From: Chrysomallon squamiferum
Lineage: Eukaryota; Animalia; Mollusca
Assembly (NCBI GenBank): GCA_012295275.1
Contig: CM022670.1
Coordinates: forward strand, 2,976,001-3,040,000
DNA length: 64,000 nucleotides
Reading direction: 5' to 3'
The translations under genes were made by a program, and so were the position numbers. The number at the start of each line of letters is the position of its first letter. The first letter of the stretch is position 1. The notes below the pieces were generated by a model, which worked only from the letters and a program-made list of their open reading frames with translations, made no database searches and was not told the origin of the DNA. Shown here one piece after another: positions 40,891 to 55,933 of this stretch.

Positions 40891-43449
40891 TTTATTCCAA
40901 AACACTTCAAGTCAAATTTGCATGAATAAGAAATAAATTAAATAAAAATAGACATGTTAAATTCATAATCTGTTTTCTAAATAAAGTTTATTTGAATTTT
41001 TTTTTTTTTTTTAAGTTAATAAACGAATGATACTCATGATGAACACGCGATTTTGAAAACAACGGCAGCAATTCAGCATTCCTCTACCCAACCTCATCCA
41101 CTTAGCACGTGCTCGTCCGAAAGAACAAGTACCCACTCTTCTTTAGTTGCAACCCGAAACTGTTTACACAACAATTAGCCTGCACCGTGTGAAACATTTT
41201 CTTCAAGATTCATAAATCATTTTCTTTATTTAAAAATAATACAAAGGAAAAGCTATAAGTTACCTCTCCCCGCGGTACGGTTTTACACAAACGAGTAGAA
41301 CACAGACCTTGTGTTTTTTTAAATTTGGGGCTAACAGCAAGTGACCTAAGAGGATCGCTGTGGCATAAAATTGACAGTAAATAACCAGTTGTGATGCTTT
41401 GTGGTGGTTTTCGAAACCCCTGACTGTTAGGAAGATTTCCCGGGGGTAAGTGGGAGGAGGTGCGTGGTCCCGAATAAAAAAACAAAAATTTCTTGTTATC
41501 TTTGACTGTGAAGATCAGATTCAATAATTTACCTTCTTGTTTTTGTTTTCTTTCAGTTTTCTTTTGTGTAAGGGTAATATATATCTTTCTACATTTTTTT
41601 GTCATTCATACATGACATTTAAAATATGCCTGCAAACAAACAACCCCCCACCACACACACATACACTAAATACACACACGCGCGCACTAGAACACAAAAA
41701 TAGTTTATATCTATAAGTGGACACACATCCAGAATAAACATAGATCTGCTGAATATGCTGAATATTACTGAGAATTATTTATCAATTAAAAATCACATCA
41801 TAAAAGAAAATATAAGACTAACAACGGAACGGATAAGGGGGAAGAATATAAAGAAACAAAAATATAAAACACGTTATGGACTTAATAAAAATGTTGTAAT
41901 AACTGCAATATCAACGATAATGGTTATAATAATAATAATAATAACAACAACAACAGCAACAAAAACAACAACAACAATAATAATAATAACAACAACAACA
42001 ACAACAAAGCAAAATCTGAAGAAAAAGAAAAGAAGAAGAAGTAGTAGAAGAAGAAACAACAACAAGAAAAACAATAGCTGTAATAATAACAAAACACGAT
42101 TCAAGTCAATACACTTTGCCAGATAACATGGTCCATTATTACTCAGCGACCATCTGGTACATTCCTGTTAACAAACGGGATATTTTTAATAACACATCGT
42201 CAGATCGACAAGTAAGAAACACGGCATTATCGATAATAGAGTGTGAATGCATGTTGGACAGGCCAGATTGTGAAAAGCGCATTACTGATGTTAATAATCT
42301 CGTTGATAACTGCTTGCACTGCATCTGACCTCCACGTGCAAATTGTCCAAGACGAGTCTGCATCGACGACGGCCTTACTGACAGGTCACTTTTGTACGAC
42401 TGGTCAGATTCTGGCTTTAGGCAAGAAGAAGGTTAATGTGTTAACAGGAACCAAGACGTGCTGAAGTACGGATGTCTTCAGAAAGCAGGAGGAATATCTA
42501 AAGGGGATGATGCGGGGCATAGCTCCACGGTTAAAGGACGGTTTTAGGCTAAGGCAGAATGCAAGGTCAATCCTCACTGCTAGCACTGATTAATTTTTTT
42601 TTTTTTTTATTTTAATGATTGACTTGCTTAGTGTTTGCTTTTCAGTCGATGCTGTTGTGAATGTATAATGTCATTTTCTGTCAATCGACAAAAGTGATAA
42701 TATAAGTAACACTGTGTGGCACGTTCCTTCCCAGAAATCTTTGCACACAGAACTAAATAAAGAAATACATAAATAAACGAAGAAAGGAAACAGAAAGAAT
42801 GAATGAATGAATGAATGAATGAATGAAAGATAAATAAAATAAATTAAAATAATAGAATATAAGCTAGATACGTAGAAACTGTCTGTTGTAATATCTCGAG
42901 ATGTCACCAAACACTTTTCAGTTCAGTTGTTGTCAAAGGCGACTGACACACTGATTATTCAAACTATAAAGAATACTGAATTGTCACTTTTGTGTTAATT
43001 TATTCGTTGAAGTTTACGGTTATCTAATGTCTTTACTTTGTCACCAGGTATGTGAGCAGATTAGATCCCATTTCCTACTGATCAGTCTTCGATAATAATA
43101 TTCACTAATAACCGTCTTTCACTTTAGATAAATCGGTGTCATTTATATTCGCATTTTCTACAATACTAAGTGCCACTGATCGTAAATCTACTGTAATGAT
43201 CATTTCACCTATGTGTGAAGTTTTATGAAAAGAACAGCCGTCTTTAAAACAGTTTTATATTACTTAGTTTCAAGTGTAAAATAAATACTAACGTCACAAA
43301 GGATGTGTTAAGGCAAGGTATGAATCATGTTTAGATTTCATATTTGTGCTTTATGTGTCTTTGTTTTCGTTTCGTTTCTTTTTTCTTTCTTTTTTCTTCT
43401 TTTCTTGAAACCTTTTTGATCTAGACTATTTCACTTAAAAAAAAAAAAA

Positions 43450-43488
<39 letters not shown>

Positions 43489-45181
43489 TAAATAAATAGA
43501 TAAATAAACGAATTAACGAACGAAAAAAAAAATAACCAAACGAATAAACAAATAAGAGCTAGGACCTATTCGTTTTGAACAGAAATAGCAACACAAATAC
43601 ATTAGATACACATAATAAATCACACAAAACTTGTGTAATGAACCACTGCAATGACTTTACCAAATTAAGGATCACATTTCTAAAATGAAATATTACTACT
43701 GTCACTGCACTTTGCCTCTGAAAATGTTAACCTATTATTAACGAGATTTCAACATTGATATCCACTGGTTTATTATTTTTTTTTATTAATGTCATGACAG
43801 AACTATAGCAAATATTGCCAGCCTTCATACCATAACTCTCAATTTAGACTTCCTATTAGAACACGCTGATGTTCGGTTTTAGAAAATACTAAAAGAGAAT
43901 CAGACCGAGTAATAAAATGAACTAAAAATGTTTCAGATGCATTTTACGAGTGTAAGGATCTATTTTAATGAAACATTTGACTCATAGACTTTATTTAGCA
44001 CCTACATTTAAATCTGGCTGCATAATTATTGAAGAAAAGCTTTATAATTCCTTCAGGCCGCCAGGCTTGAATTAAATAATATCGTTTTCGATCATAATTC
44101 TCGATATAAATTTTGATTTGCTGATAACTCTACATTTGATGTTTACATACAATAATAAATAATTTTGTATTTTTGGGGGGGAAACAATTATGCCTTGAGG
44201 TCAACTACGTTTATCTATCTTATTTTGGTTACGTAATTAAAAAATAAAATTACTTTTCATTTTTTCGTCGACTTTTATTCATCTGTGTATCTACCATTCG
44301 TTTGCTTATTCACTAATTCATAATTTTATCCATTTCGTTTATCTCATAAACCAGTTAAGAATAAAATTATCAATAACAAAAACAATTTTCGTTTTTTTTC
44401 TAGCATCAATCTTTATTAATTCATGCTTCTTTTGACAACGTCGACTCCTGAACCAATATTGTAAATCAAACCACACGTCAAACAGAAGAAAAAACAAATG
44501 ATATATAAATAAAATACAAAACCTGCCGAAACCGTACTGTACGACAGATAGAAGAATTTATTTTTATTGTCGATATCTTTATCAAAAAACTGAACCAGAT
44601 TTTGATTCGTACATGCAATAAACCTGCCAAAACACGAGCTCTCGTTTCTGCTGTTTCACTCCTGCTTATTGTCAGCGGGATGATTAATGTGGTTTTCGTG
44701 GTGTGTTCCATCAAGTCCTCGGTATCGCTGTCAGGTCTTGTTTACTCTCCTACTTTTTGCCTGATCGCTGGCCGCGTGAATGTTTACCTTGGCTTCAGCG
44801 TGATGGATCGGGGACGTCGTCTTGCCTGTAGTTTTGAGCCAGTGCTGTTCTGTGTTGTCGATAGTTTAAGACACAACAAACGACGTTTTCACTTCTGTCG
44901 GCAATTCACTGACGTGTCACAAAACAAAACAATATGGGAGACGATAGAATGAAAGAACGAAGGAACGAAAGAGCGAAAGAAAGTTGAAAAAAATAGAATA
45001 AAGAAAAGAATGAAAGAATGATAAAAAAAGAGAAGAAGATAACAGAAAGGGGATTTTATAAGTCAATAAATAAATTAAAATAAATATAAATATAAGAAAG
45101 AAAAACGGGTGGAAAAACAAAGTCAGTGGAAATAAAGAATCAAAGAAGAAAATAAAAAAAGATACGAAATACTACGATCGA

Positions 45182-45213
<32 letters not shown>

Positions 45214-46296
45214 CAACAACAACAATAAAGAGGGTTTTAGAGCGTAAAAGCGGGTTAATCGTTAATAATAAAGATTAAATTTTCAGCTAGGAAAAAAACT
45301 TGAAATCTCTTTATTACATAAGCTCTATCAGCCTGAAGTTTTGTCGATATCTTTATTTGTATGTATTATGGAATGCCAAGTTGCTTTGTATTCCATTAAA
45401 ATTTGACAAACAGTGACAGAAATCAAACTGTAAAGTAGGCCGTCTCATCCCGGTAGTCCTAAAAAAGAAATATAATAAAATAAAATAAAATAAAATAAGT
45501 AAAGACACAAAAAAGCACTGCAGCAGCAAACTGAGCTAAATACCAGAACTTCAAAATACAGTCATTTCAACCAGTTACTTATTCAACCAGCTTAAATAAT
45601 TGGTCAATTGTTACTACATTCGCTGACCCGTGCCATCCGGGCATTGTCCGACTAAAGGCTTTAATACGTAACGTTCCCTTCAAACGTTCACGATGATTTT
45701 CCAATCTTCTGAAAGGACCGATGCTTCATCGGATCGACGGTTGAAGCTTCATTCTTGTAACTGTTAACACAATAGGAGGTAATTGAAGAACCGTCCGGTT
45801 CGGATGTTTTAGAAAATTGTCCACGGCTTGGATCGCGTTTCAAAGCTGCCGGCGCGGAAAACACGCTTTCCGTGATGGCGGCCACTGGGTACTTATAAAA
45901 GTCGGACTATCGAAGAAGCGAAACGAAGCGAAAAATAACAGATTCTAAAAACATGCAAATACTTTGGCACTGCCCGGTTTCAGTCTGTTGGTTTTTTTAT
46001 TATTGTATTTACTGGCCTGAATAATATTTTTGGAAACAGCCATTATATTGATGTTCTGTTAGGGATAAGGATTTAAAAAAAAAAAAAGAGTCTGGACACA
46101 CATAAACACACACATAGAAAAAGTAAAAAGAGAAGAAAATGTAATTTATACCATATGGTTTCCATTAAAACCTGCTTTCCATCAAACCAAAGTTACTGAT
46201 ACCATATACGAATACGAATTACAAAATGCAAAAAAGGAAATAGCTGAAAAACGCAAATAATTTAATATCACAATAAATACCATTATCATAACGAAC

Positions 46297-46348
<52 letters not shown>

Positions 46349-47157
46349 TAACAATAACAATAATAATAATTCCTTTTTTTTTCTTTTTTTTAAACTATTA
46401 AAACCAAAGTCTTGATCATGCTGTGGTGTCTTCACGTTAGCTAACCCTCTTAACATCCAATGACTAACTCCAGCGAAGCATATCATTTTTTTTTATCAAA
46501 TGAATTCATTCACTGTAAGCAAAGCTGAATACAGATCAAATTAATATAGTAATTTTTAATGTTAACACGACGTTCTGGAGAGAAATGGGTAATTTGTTTA
46601 CATGGTTATGAGTTATTGTTGGACATGGGCGTGTTTGGACGGCTTCAGCAAGTGTCATCATTTCTTCTCCAATTCACAAGTTTTATCGTCCCGAGAAGCT
46701 AATAATCGCAAACACTGGATCTAGTGGAAACATAGATTCGTGCGATTCAGTTCGGATTGAATAGGAGTTACTGGAGCTTAAGAAGGACCCATTGCCTGTA
46801 AGAATCTGTTCAGTATTTGCTTGAATACAAATTACGCTGTTAGAAATGAAGTGTATGTGTGTATGTACGACGAAGAGAAACAGCTTTCTCTTGTTATATA
46901 GCTAGGGAACAAAACAGACAAAAAATAAAGTCACTTATAGAACTACTACTGCTGTTGTTGATACCACGGCTGCTGCAATTGTGGATACTGTTGTCGCTGC
47001 TACTGTTGTCACTGCTGCTACAACTGCAGCTATTATAACTACTTACATTTACATATGTTGGTTTTACCGTTAGTACCAATATCACTATTATTATTATTAT
47101 CCTATGCTGCTATTACTACTCTTTTTAATGCTTTTAACTGTATTCAGCAACAACGGC

Positions 47158-47201
<44 letters not shown>

Positions 47202-47272
47202 ATTATTTCAGCTATCATTTCGACATAATGACATTTATTATCAGTTAAAATAAAGATATAAATAGAAAGAAT

Positions 47273-47277
47273 AAAAA
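47273..47277 (-). terminator. Pol III oligo-T terminator of tRNA-Leu
   Basis: TTTTT on the minus strand, 4 nt downstream of the tRNA 3' end. Confidence 0.75.
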
Positions 47278-47281
47278 CATT

Positions 47282-47400
47282 TGTCAGAAGTGGGATTTGA
47301 ACCCACGCCCACATTCATGGACCAGAACACTCGTTCACGTTTAACATGTGAAGGTAACAAACCTTGAGTCTGGCGCCTTAGATCACTCGGCCATCCTGAC
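47282..47400 (-). tRNA. trnL-CAA: tRNA-Leu(CAA) with 35-nt intron (47328-47362); G19A variant, possibly impaired
   Basis: Minus strand reads GTCAGGATGGCCGAGTGATCTAAGGCGCCAGACTCAAG [intron GTTTGTTACC...AACGAGTG] TTCTGGTCCATGAATGTGGGCGTGGGTTCAAATCCCACTTCTGACA. This is the typical metazoan Leu-CAA sequence, with the intron after position 37, a long variable arm and an A discriminator. Confidence 0.92.
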
Positions 47401-47715
47401 ATGAATTAGCAACTGATTTAAATGTTAGTTAATACGATAATGCTATCAGGATAAAAATAAAGCTGTAAATAAACAAATAGCCAAAGTGTAAGTACTGGAT
47501 AATGTCCGAAATCTTACAATTACTTACGAGGGTAGATCTCGTTTGAAAGGAAATTCAAGAACGCAGATAATTGCGATATATTTTGCTAATAAAAATAAAA
47601 GTAAAAATATATATATTTGTGTTCATCTAATTCTGTTTTACTAAATAATATGGTTACTGCTCCAATAATAAAAATTAAAGCCTTTTCTGCAACACTGCTG
47701 CAACTTCTATCATTT

Positions 47716-47763
<48 letters not shown>

Positions 47764-49435
47764 GTAATAAACATTGTCAGAAGTGGGATTTGAACAATAA
47801 CTGCTTCTTCTATGAACAGCACTACAACAACAAAATAACTTATGCAGCATTTACTACTGCTACTGATACCGCTATTAGTACTCTTCATCACAAGTGAGAA
47901 CATTTTAATATTACTGGATTTTATTTTTGTCACGTTTTGACAATATCTAAACAGCAAATTATTTGTTAAATTTTCATTTCATTCGCGATTCTTCTTCCTT
48001 TACTAGTTATTTTTCTTTTCAACAATCAGAATAACTTACACCTAAACAAAAACATTCAAGTTAGCGAAAAAAACTAAGATTTAAAAAAAAAAAAAAAGAT
48101 AAAAATCCTTCCATTCCGTCAGCTCTTGTCCTGAAATGAAACATTCTGGGAAAACAAAGCTTCCAGTTTCATTGACAAAAAGACGAATATTTGTCACGCA
48201 AACTTCGGCTGATATCATATACCGTCTTTGTAAAAACGTTCCAATCATGCAAAAAATCGCGACCATTGTAAACAAGCGGCTATCAAAATCCTTTAAAACC
48301 TGGTTTAAATACAAATGATCTTTTGAAGATACGGGGCACCTCGTGCTGAGTGTCAATATTGGATTTTTTGAAGGCTAACAAAACGATGATACTGAATGAG
48401 ATTTCTTACAGCGTTTCCCGATCTGCTCTGATCGCCTGTGATGACCACAAACACGTTCTGTCCACTCCGTCTTGTTTAGATGGGAATTAAATTATTCACC
48501 AAAAAATACACAAGCATATTTACCGTATTTTGAAACCATCAACAAAAGTCAAGAAAAGAAAAAATGCGCTAAGAATAATGTAAAGTGAAATACAGGTGTA
48601 AATATACAAATATGAAATTTTTGAATGCGGAAGAGATTTAATACTGGGTGTTAGCCAGTTTGAGGTTGTCGGTTCACAAAGCAAGAGTTGAAAAATCTGT
48701 GAAATCCATATTAACTGGATGTATTTAAGTACGTTTATATGTATGTAGATAGGTGTAAATGGATTGATGCTCAGATGGATGGATGGGCCGAGAAACGGAC
48801 AGATGGGTGGAAAAATGAAGAGATAACAAAATGAGTGATGCAACAGACATGGAAATGATTAGATATCTAACATCCAGTAACACAGAATTAAGACATGTAT
48901 ATGCATGAGAAGACGTAACGTTAATGAAAGGTTACGGTTCAGTGCTAGATTGGAGAGATTGAAATTCTGATGATTTTAAGATCGGTCTTTTGCATCGTCT
49001 AGTTCAGCATCTCATCTGAATTCATTACAATATTCATGAACTTCTTACACAGGCAAACAATTCGAAAAAATCAAGACCTAATTTAAAATTGTTTAACACT
49101 TAGATTAGTTTCTAAAATATATCAGTAGTCGTCATACTAATATTCGCTAGCGTCACATCGAGAATTATTCATATAAAAAAAAACTGATAGCAATAATTCA
49201 CTGCAGCTGTTAGTCTTGTAACGGACAGATTTGAAAATTTCTATGGATAGGTCGGTCACCTTTAACGATGTCTACAGCTGGTTTCTAACGGTAATGTAAA
49301 CCAGAGAAACAGCAGATGTTACACAGCGTATAATATTATTATTCTCAATGTATGATTAAATACAGGACAGTGTTAGAACAGGGTGAAAGTGGTCGGCGAG
49401 TGATGTGTGGCAGGATCCATCCTTGTCGACGGGAC

Positions 49436-49437
<2 letters not shown>

Positions 49438-49506
<69 letters not shown>
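49438..49506. repeat. (CA)n microsatellite
   Basis: Direct reading. Confidence 0.95.
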
Positions 49507-51305
49507 AATACACAAAGACAAAGAAATGACATTTCTCAGCTACCTTACAACAATCTTCAACAGAACTTTCAGCTAAATAATATTTCCAAAATGTTTGTAT
49601 GGTATTCTTTACGATAAACCTTCTATTTGGGTTTTTCCTTGTCAAATATTAAAATGATAAATATAGAACAAATCAGGGATTTCTCTTTGTCTTTATTTTA
49701 TTTTAACTTTTGTCTGGATATGAGTAAATAACAAACAGAAGATATAAACTTAGAAAAATATTTTGTTTGAAGAAAGATTACCCCCAACCTGAAGAGGAAG
49801 TTTGGTCTTTTCTTTTGCCCGTTCATCTTTAATTTTTATTTATTTATTTATTTTATTATATATATTTTTTCCTCTGTTTATCTTTAATATTTTTATTATT
49901 TTTATTTACACATTTTCTTGGCGATTTATTTGCTATTACTAACAGTGATAAGGTATACAGAATGTGAAAAAGAATTGGAGACAAACTGATATATGCACGT
50001 TCATTCTTATAGAAAAATTAGACAGCAAAATTAAATTTATAGTGCAAAGTGTGTGCAGTCACACAGAGTTAAATTCACATACATGTATAAATACACATAC
50101 ATATACATCGTATATACATAGGCCTACTTATACACGTAACATAATACGTACGCACACACACACACATTTATTCATAGACAAACTGGCAAACATACACATA
50201 TATACACACACACATACATACACACATACACACACATATATATATATATATATACACACGCACACACACATACATTCATACATACACACACATACGTGCA
50301 TACATAGATAATCACACATACACATACACACATTAAAGAAAAGAAAAAGAAAGGCAAAGAAAAAAGATCGGAGTGGTTTTGACATAAGAGAATGTTAACA
50401 TCAGTGCCTTTTTCAAAGATCATCACTAAACAGACATCGTACTTTTAATACCTGACAAGAAAATGACCACGTTAAAAAGAAACGCTTTTGTAGCTAATTG
50501 TTTCATACGACCCTAAATGTCGCTGTCCATTTGGAAAATCGTTCTAATTCATTCTCTTTACTGCGTAGATCCTTATCTTCGTCAAGATAGAGAAAGAATG
50601 AAAAAATGAGAGGACAAAACGACACCACCATGTTTCAAGCACTCACGGTTAGTTAGGTTTTCTGTTAGGAAACTGTTTGGAGAAAAACATCGACAACAAA
50701 AAGACGTTGTTTGTGTCATTGTGGAAACCGCGTGCCTAGCTTCAGTGCTCGGCCGAGATTTGAAACAAGTTGTCAAAGTTAATTAGCGAATTTGCAATCA
50801 CGAAAGAATTACGCATTGTTTGATTCCGGATGTTCTGTACAGACAGAGACATAGCGAACTCGAAACTTCATATTTGATGCGGAAGGATGGTGTTTTGTGA
50901 TGCGCGGTTGACCCTACATGGCCTTCTCGTTAAATATCAGAAGAAATTGTAAATTTTTTTTCTTTCTTCTTGCTATCGAATTTGATAATTTTTTTTTTTT
51001 TTTTTTTGGATAACTTGACACTAACAGTTGCCCGAAGATGTTATCTTCTTCGTTTCATTTAATAATAACAGTGATTTTTCGATATTTTTTAATGTCAATA
51101 ATTATGCGTGTGTCTAAGGGAACTAACGAAGTCGGTGGACACGTAGAGTGGTTTAATTAAATTTTAAGATTTTATCTCGGTGAGTGAAAAAATTTAAACA
51201 TATATATATACACACATTTAAAAAAAAAAAAAGGGAAAATAAAGGGGAAAAAACATAGTACAGATTTTTCAAACAGAGAGACAGAGGGAGGGAGAGAGTT
51301 AGAGA

Positions 51306-51371
<66 letters not shown>

Positions 51372-54174
51372 GCACTAACAGGGTATTTATCTTAAATTTA
51401 TTTCATATACACAATAATTTTATCTACTTTATACATATTTGCTAAATCATTCACACAGGTATGTTGTTTACTAAAGGATAAAAAAAATGTCATGGTGACA
51501 GAAATGATATTTGAAACATGGGAGTGGTTTCAGTTTATTGACTCGTAGGTGTTTCTATTTTTTTTATTCAAATCGCAACATTTTATATGTTAAAACACAT
51601 TTTCACGATTCTTTATTTATTTATTTATTTATTTATTTATTTTAAATTTATTTATTTTTATTTTTTTTAATTATTTTTTATTAATCTTTTTTTATTATTT
51701 TTTTTGTGGGTATCTATGTTAGTTTTATTTTTTTCTTTTCTTTTATTTCTTTTTTTCCCCGAATAATGTCAGTTCTAGAGCATTTTAGAATATAATGTAT
51801 TTCAAGTATTAAGAAATTACGTCTTTTGTTATTTAATTTCTCTAGGTCTTCTGGCTTTCATTTCACGATTAACTCAAGTACTACCCGAGGTGGTCCGCAA
51901 AATATTTCAGTCGTCATGAAATTCGACTCGTCTGAAATTGGCTCCTTGTGGGCAGCAATAAAGAAATACCTACATCTAACCAACACAAAGGGTGAACCTC
52001 CTTCGTACTCGAACCTGATACAACGAAGAAGAAACCCGAACATCTACTCGCTTCTTTGCTGAAGGCACAAACGTGAGAGTGTTTGTCAGCAGCAGATGCC
52101 ATTCACACTAACAAGCAGTAAACTACGGGTATCAACTTTCACTGGATTCTGTAATTACCATATGGATTAATCGACGGCCAATTAAATTTCCCTTGATATC
52201 TCCGCAGTGAAAACAGATACGCGAAACTCTTCAATACAGCATTCGTAGAATTCTGACGCTACGACATCACTGTTGTGTTAAAAATCGTAAACTTCTGAAA
52301 TGAAATGTGGGGTGATACATCATTCGAAGTGGTGGTATGAATGCAGAGGTATAAAAGTATTTGGTTTTTTTTTTAAATGCTTCACAGTCGATGTCGTCGT
52401 GTACGTTATCGATATCCTTGTCAACGTCGTTGTTATTGTTGTTGTCGGTGCAAGGTCGGTGTTGTTATTGTGTACAGCTGTTGTGTTAACCTGGCAATAA
52501 AAATAAACTAATTTCATTTAATCCAGGAAGGATAAAAAGGAAATAAGATACATGATTATTATTACAAACTAATAAACTCATATATATATATATATATGTA
52601 GATGTAGATGTGTGTGTGTGTGTAAATATATATGTATATATTACTTTTCTAACAAATATATGAAAAATTAATTGTAATGTCATTTTTATCTTATTTCATT
52701 CATTTATTTGTTTATTTATTTTATTTTCGCTTTCTCTTAAATAAACAAATGATTAACATTCCTGGAAAAGCCTGTTTTTATTAATATGCTAAAACTGTAT
52801 TTAAAACCTATGAAAATACTAACAGGACAAATCATATATATTTCACTATCTATGTTTGTAATTAATAACTTTAATACTGTTCACTAATAAATAAAGCCTA
52901 CCAAACCACTGAGGCAATAATGTTATTACATTTCAGTAAATGTTATTATCTTGTTAAATTATAACTTAAATGCTGAAATGACAGTTTTACTTAATTTAGC
53001 TATTAACATAAATCTCAAGATCACCCTGCATAAACCCGCCCTTGCAGTCACTAAGATTCAGAGATTTGACCAAAGCTTCAGGCGCTTGTGACTGTGTAGT
53101 GGATGTCAGCACTTGGGTAAAAGTGGAATATAGAGACATTATTCTAATTTCCTTCAGGAAATGTCTGTTGGCTTCTGACGAAAAATGCATTCCGTAGAGT
53201 TCTCTGCCTTCTTAGTGTCTGATTACGTTGATGTCTAAGAGCAAAGATACAGTTACACGTTTTGGTTCAAATGTGTATATCACTGTAGATTCTATATGGA
53301 TAAGCTGCTGGTATTGTTCTTTCTTCTGCAAATAGATACAAACGTAACAGAAATGATTTATGTGTCATTTCATATCTTTGTAATGTTATCTATATATATA
53401 TCTATTTATCTGATTGTCTGTCTGTCTGTCTATGCATCTATAATACTTTTTCTTCGTTGTGTACTTTCTTCTTCTTTCCATTATATTTGCTGCTTTCTTT
53501 TTTACAACAAGTTTTACAACTACATCAAAATGTCAAACATCTTTTAAACAACACATTCGTTTCTATTTACAATTCACGTTCAAATTTCTTACCACCTTAT
53601 TATCATTTCTATGCTTCAGCATTTATTTCAGAAAACGAGACAAACAGAGCAGACAAGGGCTATACAACCCATTGAAATGTTAGTTAATGGCTTAAAAACG
53701 ATTGGCTGTGACATCACCCCTTTCTGTATAACTTACTCTGGGGTATATTTCTATGCAATACAATATAAGTCAACTTTAAAAAGTCATGCGTTCTTGAACA
53801 ACGAGTTACTGGCTCAGTTTTATAGTACAGCATTACACGTCTGTGTTCGTAAATAAAACTCTTTTTAATCTGCTATGATTAATGAGCAGGAAAAACACAT
53901 CTCGAGGGAAGAATGGAATGATGGATTCGCTGACATCAGAAGTGACAAAAGCTTTACGTACTTGACACACACACACCTGTATGATAATACATTTCGTGTA
54001 ACCGTTGTACTGAATTCTATGGTTTAATGTGCCTTTGCAGTTACATAAATATGAATATTTTTAGAAATTCTACATACAGATAAACAAATATATAATATAT
54101 AATTTTAAAATGTATAATGTGTGCTTTGATGTATATAATGTGCTTTTGAAATTACATCAATATTTCCTTCTTCT

Positions 54175-54208
<34 letters not shown>

Positions 54209-54636
54209 AATATTACAGAGATAATCAATGATAAATAGTATTTTATCATTTTGTTTCATTCACATTTGTCCGGTTTATAAAATTTCTTATCATCTTCATA
54301 ATTGTGTTTTTATGTAATATTTATTTATTATTTAAGCAGCAAAATGTTACATTAAAAAAAAACCCTCACTAACAAAGGAAACATAATAATTTATTTAAAG
54401 CATGAATAACTTAAAAACATATTTTCACTTCTTTATTTACTTTTTTTTTCATTTTTTAATCCATTTCTAATATTGTCATTTCTTTCTAGTCAGCACTTTT
54501 AAATTTTCTTATATCATTATATTCTAGTGTTTAACGATTCACACACCGTTTGACATAATTTTATCTTATTAGCATTACACTATTATTTTAATGTTTAATA
54601 TTTTATTGGACTAAATGCATTTAAACTTTTCATAAT

Positions 54637-54749
<113 letters not shown>

Positions 54750-55451
54750 ATGGGCAGGCTCCATATTATACAAACACATAAAAATAAAGCATATCTGGAA
54801 TAAAAAAAATAGAACAAAAATAAAATAAAATAAATAAATAAATAAAATAAATAAGTAAATAACACTTAAACCAAGAAAAAACGAAAATAACTGTAATAAA
54901 GCAATAATATTTTCATGAATAAAGCAGAAACAAGACGAATTAACACAGAGGGCTGGGCTCTGTCTAGAACAGTGGGAATGATGGTGACGCTAAAACACAA
55001 CGGAACATTTTAATGTACATTTTTTAAATTTGTACACCGAACAGGTAAAGTTTTCTTTCAAAAAGCAAACACGGAAAGACCCGAACTATTTCGATAGAAC
55101 ATAACAGCCATTGCTATGGCAGTGTCAGAAATGTATGTCATTTCATATCTTCATTGTTGTTTGTTGATTATCATTGCAAACATACAAGTTTTAACATTTT
55201 CCGATAACATAAATAAAATATTCTTGCGATTCTCACGCCCATTCGCTTGTAAATTTTGTTTATTATTTCTAACATTTGCTGTGATATTGACTGAATCTAA
55301 ACATATAAATAAATAAAAACCAAACAAATAAAATAAATAAATAAATATATAAAAGAAAATTATATTTAGTAATAATACCGATCTGTTGTTCTTGTTCTTG
55401 TTCTTGTCCTTATGTTCTTTTCTTGCGATTTTTATTGTTTTTATTTTAATA

Positions 55452-55497
<46 letters not shown>

Positions 55498-55877
55498 CTA
55501 AAAAATAAGAAGAATAAAAGTGAGAAAGGAAACAAAAAAGAAACTTCGATTTTAACAAAAAATAATAATTGTTACTGTTGTTGTTATTATTATTACTTCA
55601 GCTATTTCAGTAGTAGTAGTAGTAATAGTAGTAATAGTGATATAGTTGTAATAAAAGAAGAAGAAGCTGAGGAAGAAGAAGAAAAAGAACAAAAACAATA
55701 ACAATAACAATTAGTAGTAGTTACAGCAGCATAACATTTGATTTAAAATCGGTGTGTGTAATAGTGTGTGTTCAGTTTCATTCTTTCTTGAATAACGAAA
55801 AACAAAGAACCAGAAAATAATATAATAACAATCACAAAATATTTCACTGTTTTTTGTTTTATTTCTGAAGTTATGAA

Positions 55878-55933
<56 letters not shown>

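Noticed and set aside
42116-42590. Cluster of short overlapping ORFs in a GC-richer island
   Set aside because: No frame stays open across the island, there are no convincing splice sites, and no protein is recognisable.
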